Below the pieces are notes generated by a model. That model did not search any database, was not told where the DNA came from, and saw nothing but the letters and a program-made list of their open reading frames with translations. Positions 1 to 10,404 of a DNA stretch of 64,000 bases are shown here, one piece after another. Location of the stretch: the NCBI GenBank assembly GCA_965217865.1, contig CBDCJO010000002.1, positions 2,688,001-2,752,000 of the forward strand. The letters are read 5' to 3'. Made by a program: the position numbers and the translations under genes. The stretch's first letter is position 1, and each line of letters starts with the position of its first letter. This stretch comes from Candidatus Latescibacterota bacterium (GTDB lineage Bacteria > Latescibacterota > UBA2968 > SICM01).

Positions 1-1579
1 AGATCTGATCGCCCTCCGGGACTCTGTTCGTACACTCCCACACCTGAAGGACCAGTTGGAAGGCCTGGATGCGCCCCTCCTTCAAAAAGCGCGGGGATCG
101 GAGCTTCCGGACTTAGGTGACCTGGAACGATTCATCGGGGACGCCATCGCGGATGAACCCCCGGCATCGCTCACCGAAGGTGGCCTGATTCGCTCTGGAT
201 ACAATTCCGATCTCGATGAAATCCGGGAGATCAGCAAGGGTGGGCGGACTTGGGTGGCCAACCTTCAAAAGCAAGAACGAGAGAGGACGGGCATCTCCTC
301 TCTCAAAGTATCCTTCAACAAGGCCTTCGGCTACTATATCGAGGTCACGAACCCCAATCTGAACAAAGTGCCTGATGCCTACAGCCGGAGGCAAACCCTC
401 GTCGGTGGTGAGCGGTTCATCACGCCGGAGCTTAAGGAATGGGAGTCGAAGATCCTCGGGGCCGATGAAAGGGCTCACGAACTCGAGTACGACCTTTTTC
501 AAAAAGTCCGGGACCAGGTCGCCGGATGGGTCGCCCAGGTACAGGTCGCTTCGAAGACGGTCGCTCAAGTCGACGTCCTGGCGAGTTTTTCGGAGGTCGC
601 TTCGGCGAATCGTTTCGTGCGTCCGTCCGTCGACCAGAGCGATGTCATCGAGATCCGGGCTGGCCGACACCCGGTCGTTGAGAGCCTCTTGAAGGAGGGG
701 GAGTTTATTCCCAACGACATCCGGCTGGACTGTTCAAAAAACCAGCTCCTGATCATCACAGGCCCGAACATGAGCGGTAAGAGCACGATCCTCCGGCAGG
801 TCGGGCTGATCTGCCTGCTCGCCCAGATCGGGAGCTTCGTACCAGGATGCTCCGCAAAAATCGGGGTTGTGGACCGTATCTTCACCCGGGTCGGCGCCTC
901 CGACAACCTGGCTCGGGGGGAGAGCACCTTCCTCGTCGAAATGAACGAGGCGGCTAACATCTTGAACAACGCCACCTCGAAAAGCCTTGTACTCCTCGAT
1001 GAGATTGGAAGGGGGACGAGTACCTTTGACGGGCTGAGCATCGCCTGGGCGATGACCGAATATCTCCACAACTCCGGGCATCAGAAGCCCAGGACTTTAT
1101 TCGCAACCCACTACCACGAACTCACCGAACTCGAGGCGATCCTCCCCCGTGTCAAAAATTTCAATGTCACGGTGCGCGAGGAGGATGATCGAGTCGTCTT
1201 CCTTCGAAAGATTAAACCTGGGGGTTGTGACCACAGCTACGGGATCCACGTCGCGCAATTGGCGGGCATGCCCCCGTCGGTGATCGAACGGGCTAAGCAG
1301 GTCCTCGCCCGTCTCGAGCAGAACGATCTGACGCTTACAAAATCCCCTGTGCGCGCCTCTCAACGCCGAAAGTTCCTGAGGGAAAAGGCCGGGGTCGACC
1401 AGATCAGCATGCGCCTCACCGAGTCAAACCCGCTTCCTGCCGCACCCCCCCCTCCCTCTCCACACCCGGTTCTCGAGGAGATCCGTGCGATCGACGTCAG
1501 CAGGATTACACCTGTCGAGGCCCTGGTCAAGCTGGAGGCAATGAAACGGCAGATCGAAGAGAAGGGGCACGGGGAATAA
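1..1579 (+). CDS. mutS: DNA mismatch repair protein MutS (5' end outside window)
   Basis: Walker A ITGPNMSGKST, RIFTRVGASDNLARGESTF, LLDEIGRGTSTFDG, FATHYHEL and SYGIHVAQLAG are MutS ATPase-domain motifs. Confidence 0.97.
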   Translation, partial: DLIALRDSVRTLPHLKDQLEGLDAPLLQKARGSELPDLGDLERFIGDAIADEPPASLTEGGLIRSGYNSDLDEIREISKGGRTWVANLQKQERERTGISSLKVSFNKAFGYYIEVTNPNLNKVPDAYSRRQTLVGGERFITPELKEWESKILGADERAHELEYDLFQKVRDQVAGWVAQVQVASKTVAQVDVLASFSEVASANRFVRPSVDQSDVIEIRAGRHPVVESLLKEGEFIPNDIRLDCSKNQLLIITGPNMSGKSTILRQVGLICLLAQIGSFVPGCSAKIGVVDRIFTRVGASDNLARGESTFLVEMNEAANILNNATSKSLVLLDEIGRGTSTFDGLSIAWAMTEYLHNSGHQKPRTLFATHYHELTELEAILPRVKNFNVTVREEDDRVVFLRKIKPGGCDHSYGIHVAQLAGMPPSVIERAKQVLARLEQNDLTLTKSPVRASQRRKFLREKAGVDQISMRLTESNPLPAAPPPPSPHPVLEEIRAIDVSRITPVEALVKLEAMKRQIEEKGHGE

Positions 1580-1616
1580 CACCTGGATGAATTGTCCCAG
1601 TTGAGGAAATCTGCGA

Positions 1617-2150
1617 ATGCGCAAGAATATCGTTCTGACTTTGGCCGGTCATGACCGGATAGGGATTGTCGAGCGGATCACCAAGGAAGTCTTGAACGGC
1701 GGGGGAAATATAGTGGGGAGTCGAATGGCGCGTTTGGGGGGTGAATTTGCGATGCTGTTCCTCGTTTCCGTTCCTCCTGGGAAGTTGGAAGACCTGATGC
1801 AGGATGTTAGCGCCTTGCGGGAGGAAGGATATGCGGTGACGACGCGCGAAACTGGAGAGGGCGATCCCGCGAAGTTCGCGGGCTGGATGCCTTACCGGAT
1901 CGAGGTCAGCGGCGCGGACCACGAGGGGATCATCCACCACATAACCCAGCGTCTGGCGGTCCACAACATCAACATCGAAACCATGGACACGGAAACGGTC
2001 AAAGCCCCCATGAGCGGAACCCCGCTTTTTGTGATGACAGCCGTTGTGCTTGCACCTCCAGAATTCACTCACCGTGGATTGCAGGACGACTTAAATGCCG
2101 TTAGCAACGATCTAAATGTCGATATCGAAGTCTCGCCCCACACGGGGTAA
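1617..2150 (+). CDS. Tandem ACT-domain protein, GcvR-like
   Basis: Two ACT motifs: LAGHDRIGIV and VSGADHEGII. Confidence 0.8.
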   Translation: MRKNIVLTLAGHDRIGIVERITKEVLNGGGNIVGSRMARLGGEFAMLFLVSVPPGKLEDLMQDVSALREEGYAVTTRETGEGDPAKFAGWMPYRIEVSGADHEGIIHHITQRLAVHNINIETMDTETVKAPMSGTPLFVMTAVVLAPPEFTHRGLQDDLNAVSNDLNVDIEVSPHTG

Positions 2151-2241
2151 ACCTCCTCTCTATTGACGATGAGCTGATAATGTATCGGTTTTAACTTCTC
2201 TGACCTCCGGCCCCTCCCCTTTGCATTATCCATTTTGCATT

Positions 2242-3087
2242 TTACATTTCCATGTTCTCATCCATGAAGATCGGTGAACCTTTCAGGTCCGCAGGCGGAT
2301 CCGAGTAAGCTTCAACAACTTCCCTGAGGTCCACCGACGGATGGATCCGGTCCTTTAGCTTTTCGACAGCCTCCTTTAACGCTTCCTTCGATTGTAGACG
2401 CCCATCGACTGAAGCCACGACCACCACGTTCGACCGTCCGCGAACGCGAAACAGCACCATCGGGCCAAAAACCGTTTGAAAGGTCTTCAACATCGACTTG
2501 AAGACAGCTGTCTTCCACCGAATAATGTTAGATAAAACGACCCCCCCCTCCGCGATCGCCGCCTTCACTTCCCGCAGAAACTCCAGCGTGGTCAGGTGAA
2601 CCGGGACAGAACCTTCGCAAAAGGCATCCAGAACGACGATGTCGTATTCCTTCTTTCTTTCCCGGATGAAAGACCTGCCGTCGGATATCCAAATGCGGTA
2701 GGCTGAATCCTCCTGAACAAAAAAATGCTGCTTGCCAAACGCGACAACATCCGGGTCGATTTCGACCACATCGATCTCGAGCTCCGGATAACCCGCCCGG
2801 AGCAACCGGGGAAAACTCCCAGCGCCAAGCCCGATCATCAGCACTTTTCGAAGGTTGTTCACAAACGCCAGACCGATCGGGAGGTAGCGGGTGTAAGGAA
2901 GGGCCATCGCCACCGGATCAGTCGGATCGACCGCACCCTGAAGAGGCCCCCGGCCGAACTTCAAAGTCCGCACACGGCCTTCTTGGGTAACCCGAATCTG
3001 ATGGTGGGCCGATCTTTTTTCAATATTCAAAACTTTCCCTCTTTGGCAGTCCTTACCGTCCCGGGCAAATGATATCCCCCGTCTCAA
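2242..3087 (-). CDS. Spermidine-synthase-like SAM-dependent methyltransferase (start uncertain)
   Basis: VLMIGLGAGS, VVEIDPDVV, DGRSFI, YDIVVLDAF and HLTTLEF motifs. Confidence 0.8.
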   Translation of the reverse strand: MRRGISFARDGKDCQRGKVLNIEKRSAHHQIRVTQEGRVRTLKFGRGPLQGAVDPTDPVAMALPYTRYLPIGLAFVNNLRKVLMIGLGAGSFPRLLRAGYPELEIDVVEIDPDVVAFGKQHFFVQEDSAYRIWISDGRSFIRERKKEYDIVVLDAFCEGSVPVHLTTLEFLREVKAAIAEGGVVLSNIIRWKTAVFKSMLKTFQTVFGPMVLFRVRGRSNVVVVASVDGRLQSKEALKEAVEKLKDRIHPSVDLREVVEAYSDPPADLKGSPIFMDENMEM

Positions 3088-3220
3088 ACCTTGTCAAGGG
3101 CATAGTGCCGCCTTCCTCATTTTCTCTTGCGCCGCTCAATAATCGGGCCTATTATTTCGTCCCTTCTGAGTGCGAAACCCGCGATAGTTACGCGCTGATT
3201 AGAAGATTCATAAGGAAAAC

Positions 3221-4468
3221 TTGAGCTTTTCAAATATTCAATTTACCGATATTCAATATTCAATGAATCAACGTCCACCCATCTGGGACCTGCTTAACCG
3301 ACGCTTCGTGACCCTGTGGATCATCTCATTCTCCAGTGGAGCGTTCACCGCCCCGGCCTTTTCCCTCCTTGCCATCTATATTGAATCGGTCCTTCAAAAA
3401 CCACCGATCTTCTCCGCGGGGCTCCGGGCGGCGTTGCTCGTCGTTGGGGGTTTCGTTGCCATCCTCGGGGGGGCCCTCTGTGACAGTATCGGCCGAAAGC
3501 ATACCTACCTTCTTGGAATGACCGGGGGAGTCCTGGCCGGCCTCCTGTTTATCAGCACCTCGCCGTCTGTATTGATCGTTCTTTGTCTTTACAACGGTAT
3601 CTGTTTCGGTTTTTTGACAACCGCTTCCCAGAGCTACATGATGGACTCGGTCTCAGGCAGGTCCCTCGGACTGGGAGCGGCAATCTACTTTATCGGGAAT
3701 ACCCTCGGCCACTCAACGGGTAATTTCATTCTGGCTCCGTTGGCTGATACGGTCGGCTTCCGGATTTTGGGTTGGATTATGACCGGGGGAATGTCGGCCT
3801 TGTTTTTCGGAACCCTCTTCCTGCTTCCGGGAAGTCAACCGAACTTTGCGGGGCAGCCACAAAGGTCCGTCCGGAAGACTCTGGCCGGGTATCCGGATCT
3901 GTTTCAGAGGCCTTTGCCCCTCATGCTGATGGGCTTGCGGTTTCTTCCAACATGCTACTGGGGCGCTGCAACGCTCCTGATCCCTTTACTCATCTTTAGA
4001 GCAACCGGTACAAGCACGGCTGCGGCTCACTTTTCGGCGGTAAGCCTCATCGTAGCCGCTTGCTTCCAGCTGGTTGTGGGAAGGCTCTGCGATCGATTTG
4101 GCCGGAAGCGACCCGTCCTCATCGCCAGCTTCTTCGTGACCCTCAGCGCCCTCGGGACCGGGATCTGCATTCGATCGTTTGAAGGTCTATACCTCTTCGG
4201 TGTAATCGGCGCAGCGTCGGCATGGTCCCTCTCCACAACCATGCCGGGGTTGATAAACGATATCGTCGGTCCGGAGGAAAAGGGGAGGATGGTGGGAGCC
4301 GCTCACCTGGCCTGGAGTCTGGGCATGACCTCCGGGAGCATCGGAGGAGGATGGCTGGTGACGTTCCAACCCGCCCTGCCTTTCTATATTACTTCAATTC
4401 TCTGTGCACTGGCCTTCTTCCTGGCCTGGAGGATATGTTGTCGAATCTATCCAGTCAGAGTCGCTTGA
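3221..4468 (+). CDS. MFS transporter
   Basis: About 12 hydrophobic segments; motif A twice (GALCDSIGRK, GRLCDRFGRK); AAGGA RBS before the TTG. Confidence 0.9.
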   Translation: MSFSNIQFTDIQYSMNQRPPIWDLLNRRFVTLWIISFSSGAFTAPAFSLLAIYIESVLQKPPIFSAGLRAALLVVGGFVAILGGALCDSIGRKHTYLLGMTGGVLAGLLFISTSPSVLIVLCLYNGICFGFLTTASQSYMMDSVSGRSLGLGAAIYFIGNTLGHSTGNFILAPLADTVGFRILGWIMTGGMSALFFGTLFLLPGSQPNFAGQPQRSVRKTLAGYPDLFQRPLPLMLMGLRFLPTCYWGAATLLIPLLIFRATGTSTAAAHFSAVSLIVAACFQLVVGRLCDRFGRKRPVLIASFFVTLSALGTGICIRSFEGLYLFGVIGAASAWSLSTTMPGLINDIVGPEEKGRMVGAAHLAWSLGMTSGSIGGGWLVTFQPALPFYITSILCALAFFLAWRICCRIYPVRVA

Positions 4469-5934
4469 ACCCAATCGGTCTATCCATCTCTGCCTGCGCA
4501 TTCCTCCTCTACTATTGGACAGCAGCACCCACCCTCACGTGGGGGGGCGGCGATAGCGCAAAACTCGCGATTTGGGTATTTCAGGGAGAGGTGGGCTACG
4601 CACCCGAGTCCCATCCGCTCTACGTTATACTTGGCCGGATCTTTGCCCGGCTGCCCCTTGGAGGGGACCTGGCCTACCGGCTCAACCTGTTCTCCGCGTT
4701 TTGTTCAGGCCTGGCGGTCTACGCGATGTTCCTCATAACCCGAAGGATGGCCGGAACGGACTTTCCTGCCGCCTGCGCGTCCTCCGCCTTTGCCCTCTCC
4801 CACACCTTCTGGCTCCACGCCGTCATCACCGAAGTCTATGCCCTCCACATTCTTTTCCTTTTGGTCACTTTGGGGAGTTTCCTTCGGTGGGCCGGGTCAG
4901 GGGAAAGTCTCTACCTTTACCTCGCTTCTGGTCTGTTTGGCGCCGGGGTTTCAAACCATATCCTGATGACCTGGGCCGTTCCCGGAATAATCTATCTCCT
5001 GATATCTCATCGAAGGGAACTCCGAACCCGTCTTGTGATCGGGTCTCTGGCTTCATGCTGCCTGGGCTTGTCGCCACTCATATTTGCGTGGATCCAGGGG
5101 GCTCAAACATCAGGGTTCCTTGAAACACTTCGGGTCGCCGCCGGGATAGGTTACGCGGGCTCCCTGAATTTCCAGGGTGGGAGATTGCCGCTCTACCTTG
5201 CCTACCTCTTCTACCAGTTTCCGGTCGTGGGGTTCGCCCTGGGTTGGATCGGTCTTCCCTGGCTGATTCGTCGAAACCGACCCGCCTTTTTGGCCCTGAC
5301 CCTGTCGGGCATTCCCTACCTCCTCTTTCCGTTAATGTGGGATTTCAGGGACCATTACCAGTTTGCTCTGTCCTTCTATGCATGCTTTGCAGCGCTGATC
5401 GCGCCCGGCGTGTGTGCCTTGAGAGAACGCTTAACGCGCGGTGCCCTTACCCCTCTGGCTCTCCTTCTTCTGATCGCTTTTCCTCTGTCCACATACGCGA
5501 CAACCCCGTTCCTGTCTCGCGCCTTCGGGATCGACCTCGTCAAAGCGCGAACGCTCCCCTATCGGGACAATGCTTCCTATTTTCTGAACCCCTCAAAACG
5601 TGGGGATGACGGCGCCAGACGTTACGCGTCCGAGACGCTGAAGATTCTGGCCCCGAACGCCGTCATCGTCGGAGACTACACGCCGGCACTCGTCATGACC
5701 TATCTGCAGGAGGTAGAGGGCCTTAGGCCCGACATCAGGATTTACTACACTTCACACGTAAAGGAGCAACTTCGGCTGATCTCTGAATGGATCGACCACC
5801 GGCCCGTATACGTTGCGACCCTGGAAACCCGCGGCCTGCCGTCCGACTTGTATCTTCGTCGGGAAAGCCTTCTTCCCGATTACGAAGCGATCCCGACCCC
5901 ACCCGTCTTCAGAATCGAGAAAGGAACGCAGTGA
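4435..5934 (+). CDS. DUF2723/TMEM260-like GT-C membrane glycosyltransferase (start 4435 or 4465)
   Basis: TAAPTLTWGGGDS, HPLY, AYRLNLFSA, FWLHAVITEVYAL, SNH, and a C-terminal YLQEVEGLRPDI. Confidence 0.75.
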   Translation: MLSNLSSQSRLNPIGLSISACAFLLYYWTAAPTLTWGGGDSAKLAIWVFQGEVGYAPESHPLYVILGRIFARLPLGGDLAYRLNLFSAFCSGLAVYAMFLITRRMAGTDFPAACASSAFALSHTFWLHAVITEVYALHILFLLVTLGSFLRWAGSGESLYLYLASGLFGAGVSNHILMTWAVPGIIYLLISHRRELRTRLVIGSLASCCLGLSPLIFAWIQGAQTSGFLETLRVAAGIGYAGSLNFQGGRLPLYLAYLFYQFPVVGFALGWIGLPWLIRRNRPAFLALTLSGIPYLLFPLMWDFRDHYQFALSFYACFAALIAPGVCALRERLTRGALTPLALLLLIAFPLSTYATTPFLSRAFGIDLVKARTLPYRDNASYFLNPSKRGDDGARRYASETLKILAPNAVIVGDYTPALVMTYLQEVEGLRPDIRIYYTSHVKEQLRLISEWIDHRPVYVATLETRGLPSDLYLRRESLLPDYEAIPTPPVFRIEKGTQ

Positions 5935-6085
5935 AGGAGCCCATGGCAAGGTTGCTTTTGAATCGACCAAATATCACGTGTCTTGAATGTCATCCTATCG
6001 TTGGTTTCAATCGGCTCAACCGAAACCAATAAAGATGTCCGCATCTTGCGGAGAAGTTGAAAGGTAAGACTCTATATTCTGCTTT

Positions 6086-8269
6086 ATGAACAATCCTCTA
6101 TTTTCAATCCCGAATTATCTAAAATTCCGCCTGCTGGCCATCCCCCCCCTTCTCCTCATGGTGGCCCTTGCACACGGCCTGATCAACGAACCGCCACCCT
6201 TTCTCTCCTTCCTTCTGTTGTTTTTCGGCCTTTTCCTCCTACCCGGAGGGCTCCTCCTGAGATACACGTCGGGAGTCGGTCCGATCGGGATCCTCGAGGC
6301 GGTATCCCTCGCTTTCGCCCTCGGCCTGTCCGTCTTCGCAGTGGAAGGGATTTTCGCCTTTTTACTCGGCCTGTCTTACGGAAATTTATGCGTCCTTTCC
6401 GCAGTGGTCTCTACAGGTCTCGCCTGCCTTCCAAAAGTCGCGACCGTGCGTCTGAGACCGTTTTGGAGACCCGAGTGGGGAATACTTCTGATAAGTCTCG
6501 GCATCGCGGCCCTGGCCTTCTATTTAGGCGGTTACAACCCAACCGGGAACGATCCGTGGTACCATATCGCCAAAATCCGCCGGATGGCCGGGATCGGACA
6601 GGCCGTTGAGACGGATGTGCTATTCCTGGGATCGGGGGTAAGCCCGTCTTATGGTTATAACATCTGGCATCTTGCCCTTGCCGTTATGACAGACTTATCG
6701 AACGCGGATGCGTTTGCCGCCTGGTTTTTTATGATCCCCCTCCTCGCCTTCCTTCAGGTTCCGGCATATTATGCCTTCGCCCGGGAACTGTTCGATGAAC
6801 GCTCACTGGGCTTCTGCGCCGCATTTCTGTTTGTAGTTTTCATCCTCCTGGATGCCATGGCGATGTCCTGGATAGCGGCCCCCGTACCTTTTTTGGTTGC
6901 CCACCACCTCCTCTTCTTTCCGGCCATGACCTTTGCCCTTAGATCGACTAAAGAACGTGGTCCCATTCTCCCCATCGCGGCCGGATTCGTAGGAGGGTCG
7001 GCATTTATGGTTCACGCCTTCACGCCGTTTTACCTCCTGATTGCAGTCTGCGGCTTCGCTCTGATGATCTTCATATTTCGCAAAAATCAAGGGGCCGCAA
7101 TTCGTTCGCTTCTGATGGCGGGCCTCTGTACTGCAGCGTTCTCCGTGCCTTATGGTCTGGTTCGGTCCAAAACCTTCATGCCTGTGGGGACCTATTACCT
7201 CCACGTGGAGGGGGACAAAGCCCTTTGGCTCACAGACGATGCCTATGTCGTCCACCCGCGTTACCTCCGCCGAATGCCCGTCCGAATCGCAGGATTCCTC
7301 CTCTTTCCCCTGGTCCTGGGTGCGATCAAACGGCGCCGTTGGGCCCTCTATTGTGCGTCCGGGATGGCCATCCCACCGCTGGTGATGTTCAATCCCATTC
7401 TGGTCCCTGTGATCGCTGAGTTCGCTTCCCTCACTTTTGTCTCCAGACTGCTGGTCCTTTTTCCGGCCGTAGAGGTTTGCACTGCGGTGTTTTGCTGCGC
7501 GATCGTCCCGATGACCCTGGCCTGGTGGAGACGTGCACCCCGTGGGAGGTGGCTGGCTTTGATCGCCGTTACTGCCCTGATGGCCGTCACCTGGTCCGGG
7601 GCCGAAAAGACATACGCTTGGCTGTTGGCGAACAAGGATATGGCGACATCGGTGATCGCGTGGGGATCCGGGCTGCTGATCGCAGCCGGAGTGGCCCTGG
7701 TGGCTTTCGCTGCGGCCAGACGAGAACAGTCATGGCCCCCGTGGAATCCCTTTCGGTTTCCTCCTGCCCCACGTCTCGCGATGGGTTTGACAGTTGCGTT
7801 GACGGTCCTCGCCTGTACGATCGTGCTTCCTCCGATGGTGAGGAACTATCGCAATCCGATACACTATCTCCATTTTCAGCAGGGGTCCAGCCCCGGAGGC
7901 GTGTTCGGATTTCTCAAAAACCTCCCCGGACCAACGGTTATTCTGGCCGATGATGCCACCAGTTCAAAGATCCCTGCCTTAACCGGTCACTATATAGTCG
8001 CAACCGCCTATTCCCACGATCCCATCCGGGATTGGACCGAACGAAAAAAGACCCGGGATGGTCTTCTTTCGGGCGATGGAGATTGGGATCAGGCCGTATC
8101 CAGGCTCCGAAGTTTTGATGTGGGGTATGTCCTGGCCGAAGAGGGTAAAATCACCACCCGCGCCATGCGTCGGCTCGACGGGAATCCCGTAGATTTAATC
8201 CGATGCTATCGTGAGGGGGGATACACCGTTTGGAAAGTAAAATCACCTATATCTTCAAGTGATATATAA
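6086..8269 (+). CDS. Large polytopic membrane protein, probable GT-C-fold glycosyltransferase
   Basis: More than 15 predicted TM segments; loop motif GNDPWYHIAKIRR; soluble C-terminal domain (ILADD...IPALTG...GYVL). Confidence 0.55.
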   Translation: MNNPLFSIPNYLKFRLLAIPPLLLMVALAHGLINEPPPFLSFLLLFFGLFLLPGGLLLRYTSGVGPIGILEAVSLAFALGLSVFAVEGIFAFLLGLSYGNLCVLSAVVSTGLACLPKVATVRLRPFWRPEWGILLISLGIAALAFYLGGYNPTGNDPWYHIAKIRRMAGIGQAVETDVLFLGSGVSPSYGYNIWHLALAVMTDLSNADAFAAWFFMIPLLAFLQVPAYYAFARELFDERSLGFCAAFLFVVFILLDAMAMSWIAAPVPFLVAHHLLFFPAMTFALRSTKERGPILPIAAGFVGGSAFMVHAFTPFYLLIAVCGFALMIFIFRKNQGAAIRSLLMAGLCTAAFSVPYGLVRSKTFMPVGTYYLHVEGDKALWLTDDAYVVHPRYLRRMPVRIAGFLLFPLVLGAIKRRRWALYCASGMAIPPLVMFNPILVPVIAEFASLTFVSRLLVLFPAVEVCTAVFCCAIVPMTLAWWRRAPRGRWLALIAVTALMAVTWSGAEKTYAWLLANKDMATSVIAWGSGLLIAAGVALVAFAAARREQSWPPWNPFRFPPAPRLAMGLTVALTVLACTIVLPPMVRNYRNPIHYLHFQQGSSPGGVFGFLKNLPGPTVILADDATSSKIPALTGHYIVATAYSHDPIRDWTERKKTRDGLLSGDGDWDQAVSRLRSFDVGYVLAEEGKITTRAMRRLDGNPVDLIRCYREGGYTVWKVKSPISSSDI

Positions 8270-8292
8270 ACTTATAAACTTAATACGTTAAA

Positions 8293-8343
8293 CTTGACGT
8301 AACGTAAAGACCTTGACATAACGTTAATGATAAGGTATATTGT
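8293..8343 (+). promoter_or_regulatory. MerR-type promoter/operator upstream of merR-suf
   Basis: TTGACA at 8313-8318, followed by TATATT (17-bp spacer) or TATTGT (19-bp spacer). Dyad CTTGACGT-A-ACGTAAAG at 8293-8309 and an imperfect dyad CATAACGTT/AATGATAAG in the spacer. Confidence 0.7.
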
Positions 8344-8372
8344 TGTCGGTCCATTCACAGGAAGGAAATATT

Positions 8373-8843
8373 ATGTCCACCTCAACGCTGATGCACATTG
8401 GAGAATTGGCTCGCAAAGCCGAAATCTCGACTCGAACCCTCCGCTTCTACGAGCAGCAGGGTCTCCTGTCCCCGGCCGTGCGCACCGAGGGAGGCATACG
8501 GATCTATTCGGAGGATCAGCTTCGGAAGGTCAAATTGATCCAGCTCCTCAAATCCCTCGGCCTTAGCCTGAATAAGATCAAAGAGTATCTGTTCATGAAA
8601 GAACTGGACTACAAGGGCGGGCAGGTTGCCGAGGAGGTTCGGCGGCTTTTGACGGCTCAGATTAAGCAGGTGGAAAAAAAGATCGACGAGTATGCACACG
8701 CAAAAACGGAACTCGAATGGGCATACGAAACGCTGGAAGATTGTCTTCCCTGTTCCCTTAAGCCATCTGAACGGCACTGCCCTTGCGATATATTGACCGA
8801 GCGCCACAAGGAGTTCCCCCTCATGGTCGAGATGCTCGTCTGA
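8373..8843 (+). CDS. MerR-family transcriptional regulator with a C-terminal CxxC-x8-CxC tail
   Basis: IGELARKAEISTRTLRFYEQQGLL...RTEGGIRIY HTH, then a coiled coil, then CLPCSLKPSERHCPC. Confidence 0.92.
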   Translation: MSTSTLMHIGELARKAEISTRTLRFYEQQGLLSPAVRTEGGIRIYSEDQLRKVKLIQLLKSLGLSLNKIKEYLFMKELDYKGGQVAEEVRRLLTAQIKQVEKKIDEYAHAKTELEWAYETLEDCLPCSLKPSERHCPCDILTERHKEFPLMVEMLV

Positions 8844-8900
8844 TTATCTTAAATCCCGAACCCAAGGGATTATTAGCCACCAACGGAGGAAAGTAAATTA

Positions 8901-10367
8901 ATGAGCACTGAGACTGAAGCCTTAGAAGAGATTGCAAATAGAGAATACAAGCATGGTTTCGTGACGGATATCGAGACCGATTCAGCCCCACCCGGACTGA
9001 ACGAAGACACCATCCGCCTGATATCGAACAAAAAGGAAGAGCCCGAGTTCCTGCTTGAGTGGCGCCTTAAAGCTTACCGCAACTGGCTGAAGATGGAGGA
9101 TCCGACCCGGAGAAAGGCGAGTGAGCGCTGGGCCATGGTCCATTATCCGGACATCGACTACCAGAGCATCATCTACTACTCCGCCCCGAAGCAGAAAATA
9201 CAGCTGGAGAGCCTGGATGAAGTAGATCCCAAACTCCTTGAAACCTACGAGAAGCTCGGCATTCCCCTCCAGGAACAGAAGATGTTGTCCGGCGTCGCCG
9301 TCGACGCGGTCTTTGACAGCGTCTCCGTGGCCACAACCTTCAAGGAAAAGCTCGGGGAATTGGGTATCATCTTCGGCTCGTTTTCCGAGGCTGTGCAAAA
9401 TCATCCGGATCTGGTCAGGAAGTATGTCGGGTCCGTGGTGCCGTATAACGACAACTACTTCGCTGCCCTCAACTCCGCGGTCTTCACCGACGGGTCATTC
9501 TGTTATATCCCCAAAGGTGTGCGTTGTCCCATGGAATTGTCCACCTATTTCCGCATCAACGCCGCCAGCACCGGCCAGTTTGAGCGTACTCTGATCATCG
9601 CAGACGAGGGCAGTTACGTCAGTTACCTCGAGGGTTGCACCGCCCCGATGCGAGACGAGAATCAGTTACACGCCGCAGTGGTGGAGCTTGTTGCCCTGGA
9701 GGGGGCCCAGATCAAGTACTCGACCATCCAGAACTGGTATCCCGGGGACGAAGAGGGGAAGGGGGGGATCTTCAACTTTGTCACCAAGCGCGGCGCCTGC
9801 CGCGGCCGGAATTCCAAAATCTCATGGACTCAGGTTGAAACGGGTTCGGCCATCACGTGGAAATACCCCAGCTGCATCCTGCAGGGAGATAATTCCATCG
9901 GCGAATTCTATTCCGTGGCAGTCACCTCCGCTCGTCAGCAGGCCGACACCGGGACCCACATGCTCCACATCGGAAAAAATACCCGCAGCACCGTCGTCTC
10001 CAAAGGCATTGCCGCCGGCCGCGGCCAGAACACCTATCGCGGTGAGGTGAAAGTCCTGAAGAAAGCCTCAAACGCCCGCAACTTCACGCAATGCGACTCG
10101 ATGCTCATCGGAGACCAATGCGGTGCCCATACCTTCCCCTACATCTACGTTCGAAACAACACCGCCCAGGTGGAGCACGAGGCGACCACCTCAAAAATTG
10201 GTGAGGATCAGATATTTTACTGCAATCAGCGGGGCATCTCCACAGAGGACGCGGTCTCCATGATCGTAAACGGATTCTGTAAGGAGGTCCTCGCGGAGCT
10301 GCCGATGGAATTCGCGGTCGAAGCCCAGAAGCTCCTGGGCATCAGCCTGGAGGGGAGCGTCGGATAA
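8901..10367 (+). CDS. sufB: Fe-S cluster assembly protein SufB
   Basis: [51 protein letters not shown]; C-terminal LEGSVG. Confidence 0.98.
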   Translation: MSTETEALEEIANREYKHGFVTDIETDSAPPGLNEDTIRLISNKKEEPEFLLEWRLKAYRNWLKMEDPTRRKASERWAMVHYPDIDYQSIIYYSAPKQKIQLESLDEVDPKLLETYEKLGIPLQEQKMLSGVAVDAVFDSVSVATTFKEKLGELGIIFGSFSEAVQNHPDLVRKYVGSVVPYNDNYFAALNSAVFTDGSFCYIPKGVRCPMELSTYFRINAASTGQFERTLIIADEGSYVSYLEGCTAPMRDENQLHAAVVELVALEGAQIKYSTIQNWYPGDEEGKGGIFNFVTKRGACRGRNSKISWTQVETGSAITWKYPSCILQGDNSIGEFYSVAVTSARQQADTGTHMLHIGKNTRSTVVSKGIAAGRGQNTYRGEVKVLKKASNARNFTQCDSMLIGDQCGAHTFPYIYVRNNTAQVEHEATTSKIGEDQIFYCNQRGISTEDAVSMIVNGFCKEVLAELPMEFAVEAQKLLGISLEGSVG

Positions 10368-10404
10368 CCGCCATCCGAACATCGTAAATGTGGAAAGGAC
10401 CATT

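Noticed and set aside
4222-4434. Long N-terminal extensions in the ORF track (4222, 13684, 22914, 29192, 33452)
   Set aside because: They overlap upstream genes; downstream starts with an RBS or stop-start coupling fit the protein families better
5943-6032. 29-aa ORF with CxxCH (CLECH) after AAGGAG
   Set aside because: The RBS spacing is only 3 nt, there is no export signal, and it is too short for a cytochrome; probably chance or a gene remnant
8901-10367. Intein in SufB
   Set aside because: The 488-aa protein has normal length and continuous motifs
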